From IMG/VR virus record IMGVR_UViG_3300028832_000004, positions 32,001 to 96,000 of that record: DNA of 64,000 nt. The stretch is one strand, 5' to 3'. This DNA comes from a virus (lineage: Duplodnaviria; Caudoviricetes). Below, in pieces: positions 10,046-20,833 of this stretch (within the stretch, counting starts at the first letter, position 1; the number at the start of each line of letters is the position of its first letter). A model generated the notes under the pieces. It made no database searches. It had not been told where the DNA came from and saw nothing but the letters and a program-made list of their open reading frames with translations. A program made the translations under genes and the position numbers.

Positions 10046-10777
10046 TCAAGGTTGTAGCCTAAAATTAGTTTTATATTGGCTAAGCGTTTCCGAGTCAAGA
10101 AATGGAACGTATTGAGTGACCTCCAAGGCACTCAACGGCACTCGATAAACCTTCTTGCACTTTTCACAAACGCATTCCTTATATGTGTCCGGGATTGCAA
10201 AGTATTGTACCACGGTCTTGAGCAGCAAGGTCACCAAAGAAAAGTCGGTTATATCCCCCAGCATTTCAAAAATCTTGTCCGGGTCGGTCTCTTCATCAAT
10301 CTTCGTTACATATTGCGCAATGCTTGCAATTATATTGGAATGCTGCGGATCCCGTTCTTCATATTTCTCCATCGATTCCACGGTTGCAAAGCCTAGTTCA
10401 TAAATATGAACCCCGTCGGAGATAGTTAACGGATACGGGGCGTCCTTATCGAGCACGCCAATCGGAGGAAAATCATTTCGCGTCAGCCCAATGGTGCGCT
10501 TATCCTTACAATAAGGGCAGGTTACATCTATGCGCCAAGAGCGATTCTTTTCAGTGTTGAAGGCAAGCACCGCGATTAGAAAACGAAGATCCTTTGGCAC
10601 AAGCAGCTTCGTGTCAATTTCGTCGGTCAATTCCCCCATCAAATCGCGGATATCCCTATCCGTGGGGCGCGAGCCTAATTTAAGCGCCTGATTGATGGTC
10701 ATTGCCTTGATTTTAAAGCTTTTAAATGGATATGGCTTGAATCCGGTAGGGAGTTCACGAATTGGTATGTAAATCAT
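10046..10777 (-). CDS. Baseplate hub assembly or tail chaperone (T4 gp26/gp51-like)
   Basis: ELPTGFKPY...IKAMT N-terminus and two CxxC motifs. Confidence 0.65.
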   Translation of the reverse strand: MIYIPIRELPTGFKPYPFKSFKIKAMTINQALKLGSRPTDRDIRDLMGELTDEIDTKLLVPKDLRFLIAVLAFNTEKNRSWRIDVTCPYCKDKRTIGLTRNDFPPIGVLDKDAPYPLTISDGVHIYELGFATVESMEKYEERDPQHSNIIASIAQYVTKIDEETDPDKIFEMLGDITDFSLVTLLLKTVVQYFAIPDTYKECVCEKCKKVYRVPLSALEVTQYVPFLDSETLSQYKTNFRLQP

Positions 10778-11241
10778 TAAATTAACCTCAATACCATAGA
10801 TACGGGTAGCAAGGTCGCGGCCGCAAATGTGACATTATTTGGCGGGGTATATGCCGCAAGGTAGAAGTCGTGGGAATCCAGTCCGGAATCGTTTAAAAGT
10901 CCGTCGGTATCGGATGCGGGGCGTGCAAAAGGCATTGCAGAAACATCGCCCCATTCAACCCTGATAGGATAGCGCTGGTCAATGTATCCGGGGCGGACCG
11001 TTGCCACATACAGATGGCGGAGCAATGAATCTTGCTGCTTGGTTACATGTGCCGTAATGGTAAGCTCCGGGGTATGCATTTGCCCATTTTCAATCAGGAA
11101 GGCATTTGCGCCATTTATGCTTTCAACCAATAAGGAATTAGGCCCCCCGTCATAGGGGGCCGGAAGCTTTACGAAAACATCATAGTTTCCGTTATCGAGA
11201 TACTGCGTCTCGATTACAGATTCTAAAATGTCCTTCGCCAT
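10777..11241 (-). CDS. Tail-associated protein (possible tube paralog)
   Basis: Synteny between tube and chaperone genes. Confidence 0.4.
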   Translation of the reverse strand: MAKDILESVIETQYLDNGNYDVFVKLPAPYDGGPNSLLVESINGANAFLIENGQMHTPELTITAHVTKQQDSLLRHLYVATVRPGYIDQRYPIRVEWGDVSAMPFARPASDTDGLLNDSGLDSHDFYLAAYTPPNNVTFAAATLLPVSMVLRLI

Positions 11242-11244
11242 TCA

Positions 11245-11832
11245 TTATGCCTCGAACGGCTTATGCCAGCCGTGACAGAACAAGGTGAATTGCGTGCCTA
11301 CAATCTCGGCATTGTTGCCGGAAGTGAAGGTGCCGGGCTGGACGCCCTTGATTTGGGCGCCATCAAGGATAATGATATTGTCCGGGTTGGCCTTGCCGTC
11401 ATTGCCGAGTTCAATGAGTGTGATGCCGGAGAACGTGTATACATTCTTTGCGGCAATGTCGCGCGATCCGAAATAGCCGGCGCCCTTATTCTGCGCCTTG
11501 ATAAGCGCATTTTCAACGGAACGGTCCATCGGTTCAAGCACGGTAATCTGCAAATTATCAATTACGCGGGTTTGCCATGCCGCCTGACTGATTGATATGC
11601 CCTTGATATTCTGCTGCGCATAGGTCGTTTCCGAATTGAAGGTATAATCGGTAGTGCATGCATAACTGAGATGCTGTGCAATGCCGACGTCACCGCCCAA
11701 TAATTCCACGAACTTCTTGCAGGTCGCAAAATCAATGCGCCAGTTTGAACTGACGGCGTAGTCCTTCTCGCTGAAGTCTGCGCCGAGCAATTCATTGAAA
11801 GTAACATTCGCCATATCTGCCATATTATGCAT
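11245..11832 (-). CDS. Tail tube protein (T4 gp19-like)
   Basis: Directly downstream of the sheath; ~190 aa; C-terminal LDGAQIKGVQPGTFTSG..AEIV..QFTL..W pattern. Confidence 0.7.
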   Translation of the reverse strand: MHNMADMANVTFNELLGADFSEKDYAVSSNWRIDFATCKKFVELLGGDVGIAQHLSYACTTDYTFNSETTYAQQNIKGISISQAAWQTRVIDNLQITVLEPMDRSVENALIKAQNKGAGYFGSRDIAAKNVYTFSGITLIELGNDGKANPDNIIILDGAQIKGVQPGTFTSGNNAEIVGTQFTLFCHGWHKPFEA

Positions 11833-14089
11833 CCTCCGCCAAGCTGATTTCGAGTGACTGTGTCTGCGGGTAGGCTGTCACGTAAACGTCCACAAAAAAG
11901 GCTACACCCTTGAAACGTACCGGGAAATCGAAGCGCATGACTGTGTCCCCGATAATATTCTTGTCGGCGTTCGGCTTGCCTTCCTCAATGTAGTTGCGGT
12001 CCGTGAAAGTCTTGTTCAGGCTCTTCAAAACGCGGAGACCTTCATTGATGGTAGGCACATCGTTGTATTCTGCCACGAACGGACGCATCGACTGATAAAT
12101 CATGTACTTCATCCAGCAGTATGAAAGAATAACATGAGTGTCGGAAAGTGCGGTATTCGTGATCTGCGAAGTGGCTTCTGCCCAAAGATAAACGCCGCCT
12201 TCAACGATTGCCGGGTTGATTTTATAGGTCTCTGCAAGAACCTTACGCTGCGGACCGGTGAATTCCTGCGACAATTCTTCGCACTGGAGCTGGCCGTAAG
12301 TCAAGCCCATCGGCGGGCGAGCCTCGTTGCGATTCTTATAGTTGGTGTTAAGGCAAAGGGTGACCAAGGCTGCAAACGTCATCCACATGCGGCGTCCGGC
12401 AACGGTCTTGCGCCCGTATTGCGAGAAGTCCGCGATGAAGCGGTTGCCATGGCGGCCGCCCATATTTTCGAATGCCGAGATAGATGCTGCCTTGCCGATA
12501 TTGGATATGCCGAGGGTTGTTTCGCCCGCGGCTTCAATGACGCCTAAGAAATCCGGGGCGTTCATTACATCCGCAAGGTTTGCCGTGACCACGCAACGAT
12601 ACTTGGTAAGGTTATCGCCTGCAATTTGACGAAGTGCCAAGGCGTATGCGTAGGACTTTTGCCCCGGGGCAATGGAATTGCTCTTCAGCTGGTCGTTGCC
12701 ATCAAAGTATTGCGGCTTCATGATGAAGAGACTCGGCTCTGTCGGGGAGGCCTTGTGAGCGAGGCTTGCAGCTTCAACATCGCTTGCAAAATCAATGGAA
12801 TACTCGCCAAATACTTCACTTGTGCGGCACACCAAATAATTTGATGCGGCAAGCACAGTATCCATTTGCATGGATACGCCGGAAGCGTCATAGTCATCGT
12901 AGTTGAAGCTGGCGATATATGTTTCCTTCACATAGGCGGAGTAACATGCGGCCCAAACCGCATTCTCTTCGCCCATATACATATAATCCTTGCGATTCTC
13001 GAGATAAAGGCCGGTTGCAATGGCAAATTCAACGGTTGCCATTTCTCCATCGGCATCCGGGGTCACCGTCACGGATCCGCATCCGTAATTGAGATATGCG
13101 GTACGTGCCTTGCCTTCATCCGGGACGCCGCGGGCAGTAGCCGAAATCGAAATCGAGATAGAAAGATTGAAGCAGTTAAATGCACCTGCCGGGACCGTAA
13201 ACGTGCCATTGTCATTCGCCGTGAATGCCGCGAGACCTGCCATATCGTCCCCGCCATTTTCGGCGGCATTACGTACGGCATTCTGTATGGCGATGTACAC
13301 AGATCCACCATTGTATTCAGCAGTGCCCTTAACGCCGTTTACAAATGCCGTGACGGTATTCGTTGCGCGGGCAGCGCCTTCATCACCGGAAGAGCCGGAA
13401 TCAAATACGAGGGTGTAGCCCTTAAGGGAAAGTCTATCCGAATCTTCATCGGAGCCATCCCCGCCAAGTACTGAATCTAGACTTGGGGTCAAGCCCAAGA
13501 TACCGGGCATGTCCGTATCAATATGGCGGGCACCGGCAAAATCAAACACCTGAAGCTGGAAAACGCGTTTCTTGTCTGCGTATGCGGACTGGGTGGCAGG
13601 CTCGCTAAAACGAAGAACGATATTGGAGTAATTGGCAGTGTCCTCGCCCTGGCCGATCACCTTGCCGCAATAATTGCCTTCGCCTTTGAAGAAAAGCAAG
13701 GCGGTATTATCGTCCGCCGGGGTCGCTATTGCATTTTGGTTTGCATCCGGATCAATGAATAGCTTCTTGGTATCCTTATTGATGCTAACGCGCATACAGC
13801 CGAAAACCGGATCGCCGGGCTCAATGCTCGGATCCTTGGCACGGGAGATAACAAGCGGCACATTGCGTTGTGCCAAGAAGTATGCTTCCATGTTTGCCTG
13901 ACCATACTTATCGTATGCAGGATTGCCAAACACTTTCACAAAATCATCGGAGCTTGTGATAAATACCGGCTTGTTGCAAAGGCCACGTTCCGCTTCTATC
14001 GCAACGGCAGCCTTGAAACCATCCGCGGGTGCGGGGCGCTGGGACTTGTCAACAAGAATTACGTCGGTTCCGGCGGAATCATTGACCAT
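11825..14089 (-). CDS. Contractile tail sheath protein (T4 gp18-like)
   Basis: AERGLCNKPVFITSSDDFVKVFGNP N-terminus; PPMG..YG and INP motifs; FVAEYND near the C-terminus. Confidence 0.9.
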   Translation of the reverse strand: MVNDSAGTDVILVDKSQRPAPADGFKAAVAIEAERGLCNKPVFITSSDDFVKVFGNPAYDKYGQANMEAYFLAQRNVPLVISRAKDPSIEPGDPVFGCMRVSINKDTKKLFIDPDANQNAIATPADDNTALLFFKGEGNYCGKVIGQGEDTANYSNIVLRFSEPATQSAYADKKRVFQLQVFDFAGARHIDTDMPGILGLTPSLDSVLGGDGSDEDSDRLSLKGYTLVFDSGSSGDEGAARATNTVTAFVNGVKGTAEYNGGSVYIAIQNAVRNAAENGGDDMAGLAAFTANDNGTFTVPAGAFNCFNLSISISISATARGVPDEGKARTAYLNYGCGSVTVTPDADGEMATVEFAIATGLYLENRKDYMYMGEENAVWAACYSAYVKETYIASFNYDDYDASGVSMQMDTVLAASNYLVCRTSEVFGEYSIDFASDVEAASLAHKASPTEPSLFIMKPQYFDGNDQLKSNSIAPGQKSYAYALALRQIAGDNLTKYRCVVTANLADVMNAPDFLGVIEAAGETTLGISNIGKAASISAFENMGGRHGNRFIADFSQYGRKTVAGRRMWMTFAALVTLCLNTNYKNRNEARPPMGLTYGQLQCEELSQEFTGPQRKVLAETYKINPAIVEGGVYLWAEATSQITNTALSDTHVILSYCWMKYMIYQSMRPFVAEYNDVPTINEGLRVLKSLNKTFTDRNYIEEGKPNADKNIIGDTVMRFDFPVRFKGVAFFVDVYVTAYPQTQSLEISLAEDA

Positions 14090-14144
14090 TTTCTTACCTC
14101 ACGGTTTTGAACGAACAGAGTTGAAAAGTTGGGGCAACGGCGAA

Positions 14145-15278
14145 TTACTTCGCCTTGATCGTTTGGCTGGAGATGATTGCACTCACGCCGGGGCTAGCAC
14201 GATGCGATCCAGTCATGCCACGATGCAAATTGTCCAAAAGCGACTCAAATGCGTCCGGGGAAGTTTCCTTCGCCGGATTCTGCTTCGGGGCGGGCGTGCC
14301 AAGCGCTTCAATCACGGCGCGTGCCTTGCGTGCACCGAAACGGAGAGTCATCAAGGCTTCAGCCTTATCGTTCCCGTAGGCATCTCGAACAGAGGCAACA
14401 GCCTGCGCAAACTTTTCATCGGACATTGCAAGGGCAAGGCCGTCTGCGCTCTTCATGAATGAAAGGCGGCGGGCCATATTGGCATCCGGAACAGCGTTTT
14501 CAATATCGTCTGCCCAAGAATCAACATCCTTCGGTTCCGGCGTATCAGCGTCATCAAGAACGCCAACCACTGCCTTATCGATAAATTCGAGCAATTCTTC
14601 CACGCCAAAAATTTCGGACGGGAGAACCACCACCACGCAGTCGCCATCATTGCAAGTTTCAATACCGGAGCCGTAATAGTCATCGCCTTCCGGAATGGCC
14701 TCGCACATTTTAGAAAGGGTGTTGCCCTTGGCGCCGCTGACACGGATGAGGCGATCTTCGCGCTTGATGGTGCAGCCTGTGCCGGTAAGCGCCGTCATTG
14801 CCTGTTCAATGCGTTCATCGATTAAGTCTTCGGCCTTGCGGAAATTCGATCCGGTGGTCTTGTTTAGGTTGGATACATACTTATCGGGGTCATCCACCTC
14901 GACAGCCTTTCCGTCCTTATTGACCATGTATTTCTTGCCATCCTTTTCGATGGAAGCCACGGCATTCTTGCCATCCGTATAAACAGATTCGTTTTTCGGC
15001 GCGTCTTCCATGGTCTTTGCGGCGGTAAAATCAATGGTGAATGCATAAGATTCATCTGCCCTGGAGGTGGACGATACCTTTACGCCGCAACCAATGGCTT
15101 CTTCCAAGCGGGCGCAAATGCCCATTGCATCGCGGGCACTGGTGGCATGTTCCGTTACGGACACACGACCGTGTACGTAATCTTGCTCATACAGCCAATT
15201 TTCGGGGTTTTGGGTGTGTCTGCCAAATACGGCGGAAATGCCTTCGCAAATTTTTTGACTTAATATATTACGGGTCAT
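14145..15278 (-). CDS. Hypothetical virion or head protein
   Basis: GGAG RBS; lies in the head module. Confidence 0.55.
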   Translation of the reverse strand: MTRNILSQKICEGISAVFGRHTQNPENWLYEQDYVHGRVSVTEHATSARDAMGICARLEEAIGCGVKVSSTSRADESYAFTIDFTAAKTMEDAPKNESVYTDGKNAVASIEKDGKKYMVNKDGKAVEVDDPDKYVSNLNKTTGSNFRKAEDLIDERIEQAMTALTGTGCTIKREDRLIRVSGAKGNTLSKMCEAIPEGDDYYGSGIETCNDGDCVVVVLPSEIFGVEELLEFIDKAVVGVLDDADTPEPKDVDSWADDIENAVPDANMARRLSFMKSADGLALAMSDEKFAQAVASVRDAYGNDKAEALMTLRFGARKARAVIEALGTPAPKQNPAKETSPDAFESLLDNLHRGMTGSHRASPGVSAIISSQTIKAK

Positions 15279-15309
15279 GGTGAACTCCTAATGTCTATTG
15301 GAAATATAA

Positions 15310-15345
15310 GAAAAAAACCCCAAGGAGAACACCTCGGGGTTTTTG
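15310..15345 (-). terminator. Rho-independent terminator
   Basis: AACCCCGAGG/CCTTGGGGTT stem followed by a T8 run on the minus strand. Confidence 0.8.
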
Positions 15346-15357
15346 TAAAAATGAGGC

Positions 15358-16065
15358 TTATGCTTCAGGCGAATTTTGGCCGCCATCGCCCGCCGGGTTA
15401 GGCAATGAATCCGGTGAAGTCGGCTCATCATTATAGATCGCGGAAACCTCTGAGCTCAACGAATCCGTCGGGGCGCCTGCATCCCTTTCGGAATCGCCTT
15501 CATCATCGCCACCGGCAATTTCCTTGATCGCATCGCCCAGCAAGGAAAGGGCCTTCATGGTATCCTCATTCTTATGATAGGACATTGCCTTGCCCATCAT
15601 AAGAAGTGAAACCGATGCCTTTTCTACGCATGATTGCATCCCGGCGATGGCGTTGTTGAGGGCAAGAATATCGCCGTCGCAATCTTCAACCATCACAGAA
15701 TTCGTGTCGTAAATTGCCTTTACGGCGGCACGGCACTTGGCTGCAAATGCCTCGACATGCTTTTTAAGGGAAAGCGGCGGCACCGGGGTAACGCCCAATG
15801 CGGATGCGCTTTCCTTTGAAGGTTTCCCTTCTTTTGGAAGACCCGGATTTTCCGGGGTACGCACTTCGATTGCGGAATAGAGATCCTTGTTTTCCTTGGC
15901 GGCGGCAACCAATTCGGCAGCCTCATCCTCGGAAATAAAGTTGTCGGAGACAAGGCTTGCGGCCCAATCGATAACATCATCGTGCTTCGGGTCCCCGGTT
16001 CTTCCGGCTATGGCAAACCAAGTCGGGAAGTCTGCAAAGTAGTGCCTAATTGCATTTTCGGTCAT
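15358..16065 (-). CDS. Hypothetical head-associated protein
   Basis: GGAGG RBS; acidic tail; head module. Confidence 0.55.
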   Translation of the reverse strand: MTENAIRHYFADFPTWFAIAGRTGDPKHDDVIDWAASLVSDNFISEDEAAELVAAAKENKDLYSAIEVRTPENPGLPKEGKPSKESASALGVTPVPPLSLKKHVEAFAAKCRAAVKAIYDTNSVMVEDCDGDILALNNAIAGMQSCVEKASVSLLMMGKAMSYHKNEDTMKALSLLGDAIKEIAGGDDEGDSERDAGAPTDSLSSEVSAIYNDEPTSPDSLPNPAGDGGQNSPEA

Positions 16066-16080
16066 TTTGGCGTTCCTCCA

Positions 16081-17022
16081 TTAATTTTCAGCCGTGGATG
16101 CATCGGCCGTATCAAGAACGGCCATAAGTGAATTGACTTCATCATCGGCTTCCTTTACGAGGCCGAGAATGCGATTGACAAAGCCGCGAATCTTGTCGGC
16201 GACTCCGGTGAACCAATCCGCAAGCCTTGAGAAGATGCCTTCCCTAATCTTCGATTCGCCAAGGGTATCCGGAAGCGGAATGGCCTTGAGATCTTCGGGG
16301 CTGGCTGCTGCGACGGTTGTCTTCACGGTCTGTTTGACAGTTTCCGCATCTGCCTGGGCCTGATCGAACATATCCTTCATTTCGAGGAGGATGGCGTTGA
16401 TGTCGGAAGCTACAATCGCGTCCGCCGCCTTGACGGCGTCAATTGCCTTTTCCAGCTGCGGACGCATCTTTACGATGAACTCCGCCACTGCCTTGCTTTT
16501 TTGTGAATTGGTGATGGTCGTTGCGGAATAGAGGCCGGTTGTAACGTCGTCACCGGTAAGGCCATACTTTTCCATTTCCGCTTTAGAAACTTCGATATTG
16601 TGAATGCCATCCTCAAGCACGCGCTTCGCATTGGTGGCATACTTGGAAGTAAGGGTATTCACCATGCCGTTGAGCTTATCATCATAAATCGCCTTGCGGA
16701 CGAGGAATACGGCGCTGCGTGCACCCTTAAAAATGCTTTCCTTTTCGGCGTCCGCCTGTGCAAGCGGGCCGTGGATGCGATTGAGGGAGGCTCGCATATC
16801 GGCAGGCTCAATCGCCATTTCCTTTTCAAGTGCTTCCTTTGCGGCCGCAATCTTATTTGCCAGATCCTCGGACACCTGTGCGGATGCCAAGGCTTCCTCG
16901 CAACGGGCAATAAAGGCCTTGTCATCGTCAAGGTAATATCCGAAGTTTGTCATCTTCGCAAGAGAGCCCTTGCGCTTGACGGTGCCGGTAGAACGGGCGC
17001 CTGCTTCGTTATGTGAATTCAT
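16081..17022 (-). CDS. Putative internal head protein (coiled coil)
   Basis: MNSHNE|A and IRE|GIFSRLADWF look like prohead-protease cleavage sites. Confidence 0.55.
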   Translation of the reverse strand: MNSHNEAGARSTGTVKRKGSLAKMTNFGYYLDDDKAFIARCEEALASAQVSEDLANKIAAAKEALEKEMAIEPADMRASLNRIHGPLAQADAEKESIFKGARSAVFLVRKAIYDDKLNGMVNTLTSKYATNAKRVLEDGIHNIEVSKAEMEKYGLTGDDVTTGLYSATTITNSQKSKAVAEFIVKMRPQLEKAIDAVKAADAIVASDINAILLEMKDMFDQAQADAETVKQTVKTTVAAASPEDLKAIPLPDTLGESKIREGIFSRLADWFTGVADKIRGFVNRILGLVKEADDEVNSLMAVLDTADASTAEN

Positions 17023-17185
17023 GATTTATCTCCTATAGGGTTTCTTCCATGAAAAATAACAACATTAAGTCGGGACGGGCACATCCCTTGCGCATAGGCG
17101 CGTGTTTTAGCGCATCAAATAAAAAAGCGCCTAAATATCCGCAAAGGAAATTTAAGCGCCGTAAACGCGCGATATGCGCATTTAT

Positions 17186-17392
17186 TTAGATGTCCCAAGG
17201 ACCATCGGAAATATCATCGGGATATGCTCGCACATATGCGCATGATGCCGGTTCAAGCCGTCCAAATACCGCAGGCAAGCTAGTTTCTCCTGCCTGAGTA
17301 ATGGCATCCGCAAGGCGATGAACCATTTCGGTAAATGCCATGCGTCCGGTTTTTTCCGAGTGGACCTTATCGATCAACTCTTTTTGTGTCAT
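17186..17392 (-). CDS. Hypothetical protein
   Basis: AAGGAG RBS; CGTATATT box upstream. Confidence 0.5.
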   Translation of the reverse strand: MTQKELIDKVHSEKTGRMAFTEMVHRLADAITQAGETSLPAVFGRLEPASCAYVRAYPDDISDGPWDI

Positions 17393-17434
17393 AATTTCTC
17401 CTTTTTAGAATATGACGATACAATATACGGGATA

Positions 17435-17466
17435 TAAAAAAGGCCCCCGCCGAAACGGGGAACCTT
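17435..17466 (-). terminator. Terminator after the major capsid gene
   Basis: GGTTCCCCG/CGGGGGCC stem followed by T6. Confidence 0.75.
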
Positions 17467-17489
17467 CTCCTCAAGGAAAGAAACCTCGA

Positions 17490-19187
17490 TTAACCCTGGG
17501 AGCCTGCGGAACTGCCGCCGCCCACCGCATTGGTGAGAGCCACAACGGCATCCGGGGTGACCGCCGGGGTGCGGGTCAGGACGATGCGGACCACATACTC
17601 GGGGACAACACTTTGGATTGCCTTCCAAGCGGCGATAGCACGCATGTTCTGGAACGGGTTGTTTGCAACCTTGAGAGTGTTCGTGAGGAACACCGGCATA
17701 TAGGTTGCGTCGACCACGGCAGCTTCATACGGGCTGTTCGGGTTAATGTAGCAGCCGATAATTTCGTTCGTTGCCACAATCGTGCTGGAACGAATCACCG
17801 TGATGCCTTCATTTTCAAGGGTACCGTACACATGCGGGCCAATGCCGTTGTGTGCGGGTGCCTGACGCCAGCCGTCCAAGGCCGCAAGGTATTCACAGGC
17901 GGCATAACCGGCAACAATCTTGTTGATGCGGCCACGTCCGGTGCGGACACCGATAAGGGAGCTGCCTGCATTGATCGTGAAGAGCAAGCTCTTACGATGC
18001 TGGGCTTCTGCAATGCCAACCGGGCAGGTGATATTCCAAGTAAGCGGCTTGCCATTTCCGTTGGCTGCCAACTTGAGGGCGCCGATAACCTTTTCGGATT
18101 CGGCCATGGCGAGATGGCCGGAAAGGTCTGCAACCATATCGTCTTCGGCGCTCTTGCCGAAGCGCTTTTGGAACTGGTAGGACTTGAAGTCGCCCTGGAC
18201 TTCCTTCACGCCGAAGATGTGGGCGGTCACGAAGGTGGAAGTCGTTGCGGATTCGATTGTCGGAACATCCGGAGCTTTTTCAAAGTCAACATCGTATGCG
18301 ACAGCGCCGCCAACGATGGCCTTGCCCTGAATCGTACCATCGAACACGAGAACGAGGTTATTGCCCTGCGGGACTACTTCAACGTTGACGCCGTTGCCGA
18401 AGAACTTCGGGAGCTGGCCCGGGCCATCGCAAATACCCTTCAGGTCGACAGTCGCGCCGTCTTCATTTACAAGGCGAACGTCCATCGGAACATTCCAACG
18501 GGTGTTGCCAATGACGTTTTCCAACGTAGCGGCGGAATCGACCACCTTCGCATACTGGCGTTCGCTCATGTATGCGGTCGGGGAGGACTGCCAGCCTTTC
18601 AAGGCGCTAAAGGTAATAGCGTCAAAGTTCTTTGCGGAAATGTCCTTGGACGGAAGCGTGCCTGCGGAAGAGGCGCCTTCGGAACCTGTAGGTGCGCCAC
18701 GGTGGTCATGCCATGTCTTCCACATGCCATTGAACTTGGAGCCCGGTTCATTGCCATCTGCATCCATCCAGCCATCATTCGGAAGTGCCGTTAGGCCTTC
18801 AGTTGCGGTGAACGGATAGCCATGGGTGAAGACCTTCTTGAAGTAGATGATGCCCTGGCATTCATCAATATTCTGCATCGATGCAAGCTGCGGGGCAACG
18901 GTGAGGCCATAGGAAGCGCTGATCAAATCGACGGCGACTGCCGGGAGCTTTCCGAGAGAAGATGCGGAAGAGCCTCCGGAAACGAGATCGGATTCATAGC
19001 GCTTGTAGGCGTCGAGGTTGGAGCCGAGAACAAAACGGGCGTTATCATCAAGTCCGCCCTTGTAGGAATTGGACTTGGCAAGAGCTTCGAACTGTTCGGC
19101 ATAACGACGGTCGTAAGACTCAAGCTGACGCGCGTGCTTGGCAACGAGAGCGTTTTCGTCCATTTTTTCGGTAGTAGGCTGTGCCAT
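17490..19187 (-). CDS. Major capsid protein (T4 gp23-like, HK97 fold)
   Basis: PAVAVDLISASYGLTVAPQLASMQNI..QGIIYF; GPHVYGTL and YMPV motifs; follows protease and scaffold; strong RBS. Confidence 0.9.
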   Translation of the reverse strand: MAQPTTEKMDENALVAKHARQLESYDRRYAEQFEALAKSNSYKGGLDDNARFVLGSNLDAYKRYESDLVSGGSSASSLGKLPAVAVDLISASYGLTVAPQLASMQNIDECQGIIYFKKVFTHGYPFTATEGLTALPNDGWMDADGNEPGSKFNGMWKTWHDHRGAPTGSEGASSAGTLPSKDISAKNFDAITFSALKGWQSSPTAYMSERQYAKVVDSAATLENVIGNTRWNVPMDVRLVNEDGATVDLKGICDGPGQLPKFFGNGVNVEVVPQGNNLVLVFDGTIQGKAIVGGAVAYDVDFEKAPDVPTIESATTSTFVTAHIFGVKEVQGDFKSYQFQKRFGKSAEDDMVADLSGHLAMAESEKVIGALKLAANGNGKPLTWNITCPVGIAEAQHRKSLLFTINAGSSLIGVRTGRGRINKIVAGYAACEYLAALDGWRQAPAHNGIGPHVYGTLENEGITVIRSSTIVATNEIIGCYINPNSPYEAAVVDATYMPVFLTNTLKVANNPFQNMRAIAAWKAIQSVVPEYVVRIVLTRTPAVTPDAVVALTNAVGGGSSAGSQG

Positions 19188-19215
19188 AAGAGGTGTCTCC
19201 TTATAGTAAAATTAA

Positions 19216-19665
19216 TTAGCGCTGAAGACGACCGCGGATTGCCTTGCGGGCTTCTTCAACCGCAGCGGCCTTCTTTGCTTCTTCAGTGGTTTCAGGTTCG
19301 TTGCCGCCTTCCGCAGCGGGGGCTTCGCCTTCGCCAACGGTCACCGACGTAAGGACTTCTTCTTCTTCGAGGTTATCGTGTTCGGCGGTTACAACGGCAA
19401 CGGTGATGCCGCCATCCGGATCTTCGCCCACGACGACCTGTACATTTGCGTCCTTGTCGGAATAGATAACAGATGCGGTATCGGCATCGATGTTGATGTC
19501 TTCAATCTGTTCGCCTTCGCCTTCGCGCATGGAAGCCTTCTTTGCGGCAACAAGTGCTTCGGCTGCCTTGCGTGCAGCACGGCGGGCGGATTCGCGTGCA
19601 ATCACAGATTCACCCTGCGTTGCCGTGCCGCTCTTTGCGCTGTACTTCTTGATAGTACGGATCAT
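19216..19665 (-). CDS. Prohead scaffolding or core protein
   Basis: Acidic, several xxE|S/G sites, between protease and capsid genes. Confidence 0.6.
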   Translation of the reverse strand: MIRTIKKYSAKSGTATQGESVIARESARRAARKAAEALVAAKKASMREGEGEQIEDINIDADTASVIYSDKDANVQVVVGEDPDGGITVAVVTAEHDNLEEEEVLTSVTVGEGEAPAAEGGNEPETTEEAKKAAAVEEARKAIRGRLQR

Positions 19666-19735
19666 AATTTTATCTCCTTAAAGAGGTGGTTAACAGTAAT
19701 ATAACTCATTTTAAGAACGTGGGCAACACCCCGTG

Positions 19736-20752
19736 TTATCCCAAGATCCTTTCAAGGCGGGACTTTGTCTTTTTGGGGGTATATGCATTGGATTCCATAA
19801 TACGGAATTCCGGCGTACGGACAATATGTTCCTTCGCAATCATGTCGAACGTGGCGCCCTCATCTAAGCGGGTACGGACATATGATTCATCCAAGCCATT
19901 CTCATTTGCAAAACGGGCAATTTTCAAATCGCGGGTCAATACCGAGTGATCCTCGCACTTTGCGGCCTTGATAATGGACTTTTCGAGCGACGGGATGACC
20001 TCCGCAAAATCCATAAATGAATAGGATTCGGAAAGATGCGTATCGACCATTTCCATCTTGGCGCCGGACTTGTCCAACGATTCGACCATATAATTGCGGC
20101 CATCAAGGAATAAAGGCGCCTTCAACGTTTGGGCGATACGGAGCAAGGATTCAACGGCAAGCAACTTTCCGTCGCTCTTGCCTAAGGATTCGGATACAAG
20201 GGACGGCTGGGCTTCAAGGAAACCCGGATCCTGAACGAAATCAAAGCGTTCAAGGCAATAAGTGTCAGGGTCCATAATATCATCGCCGCTTTCGGTCTTG
20301 CCCTTATAATCGCCGGTAGCACGGGAGCTGATGAAAAGAATTACGCCTGCTCTCAGGTACGTAAGCAGGTTGCGGCCCATCGGGGTATCCATGATAACGG
20401 ATTCGGCATCCCCGGTTTCCCAGTTGATATTTCGGGTGAAATGGGAGCACTTTCCTTCGGCGATGTCCTCGTCCGTAATTTCAGGTTCATGGCCTACGCG
20501 GCCGATTACGGCATTGCGCTTGAGGCGCGCCATAAAGTTTTCGTCCTTCTTCACGCCGGTCCAAAGTTCAGGTGGGTACCAACGATGGTTACGGGAGGTG
20601 CCGCCGGGACAGAAATGTTTGCCCTTGACGATGGCAAGAATGGCGCCGTGGCTATTGTTAACCTCATCCTTAAACGCCTCGGAAATTTTAGCGCGATCTT
20701 CGATAAGGGTGTAGCCTTCAAAAGCGATCTCGTCAACTATTTTGCGTTTCAT
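19736..20752 (-). CDS. Prohead protease (T4 gp21-like)
   Basis: SRNHRWY, GRVGH, CSH, DTPMG, ISSRATG and FDFVQDPGF motifs. Confidence 0.9.
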   Translation of the reverse strand: MKRKIVDEIAFEGYTLIEDRAKISEAFKDEVNNSHGAILAIVKGKHFCPGGTSRNHRWYPPELWTGVKKDENFMARLKRNAVIGRVGHEPEITDEDIAEGKCSHFTRNINWETGDAESVIMDTPMGRNLLTYLRAGVILFISSRATGDYKGKTESGDDIMDPDTYCLERFDFVQDPGFLEAQPSLVSESLGKSDGKLLAVESLLRIAQTLKAPLFLDGRNYMVESLDKSGAKMEMVDTHLSESYSFMDFAEVIPSLEKSIIKAAKCEDHSVLTRDLKIARFANENGLDESYVRTRLDEGATFDMIAKEHIVRTPEFRIMESNAYTPKKTKSRLERILG

Positions 20753-20833
20753 ATAAATGGATCCTCTTTTAATAGTGAATATATGAAAAAAGACGGGTCA
20801 CGACAACCCGTCCTCCAAACATTGCGGACAATT

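Noticed and set aside
17412-18794. 460-aa + strand ORF and similar long antisense ORFs
   Set aside because: These are shadows of codon-biased minus-strand genes such as the major capsid; no RBS or motifs.
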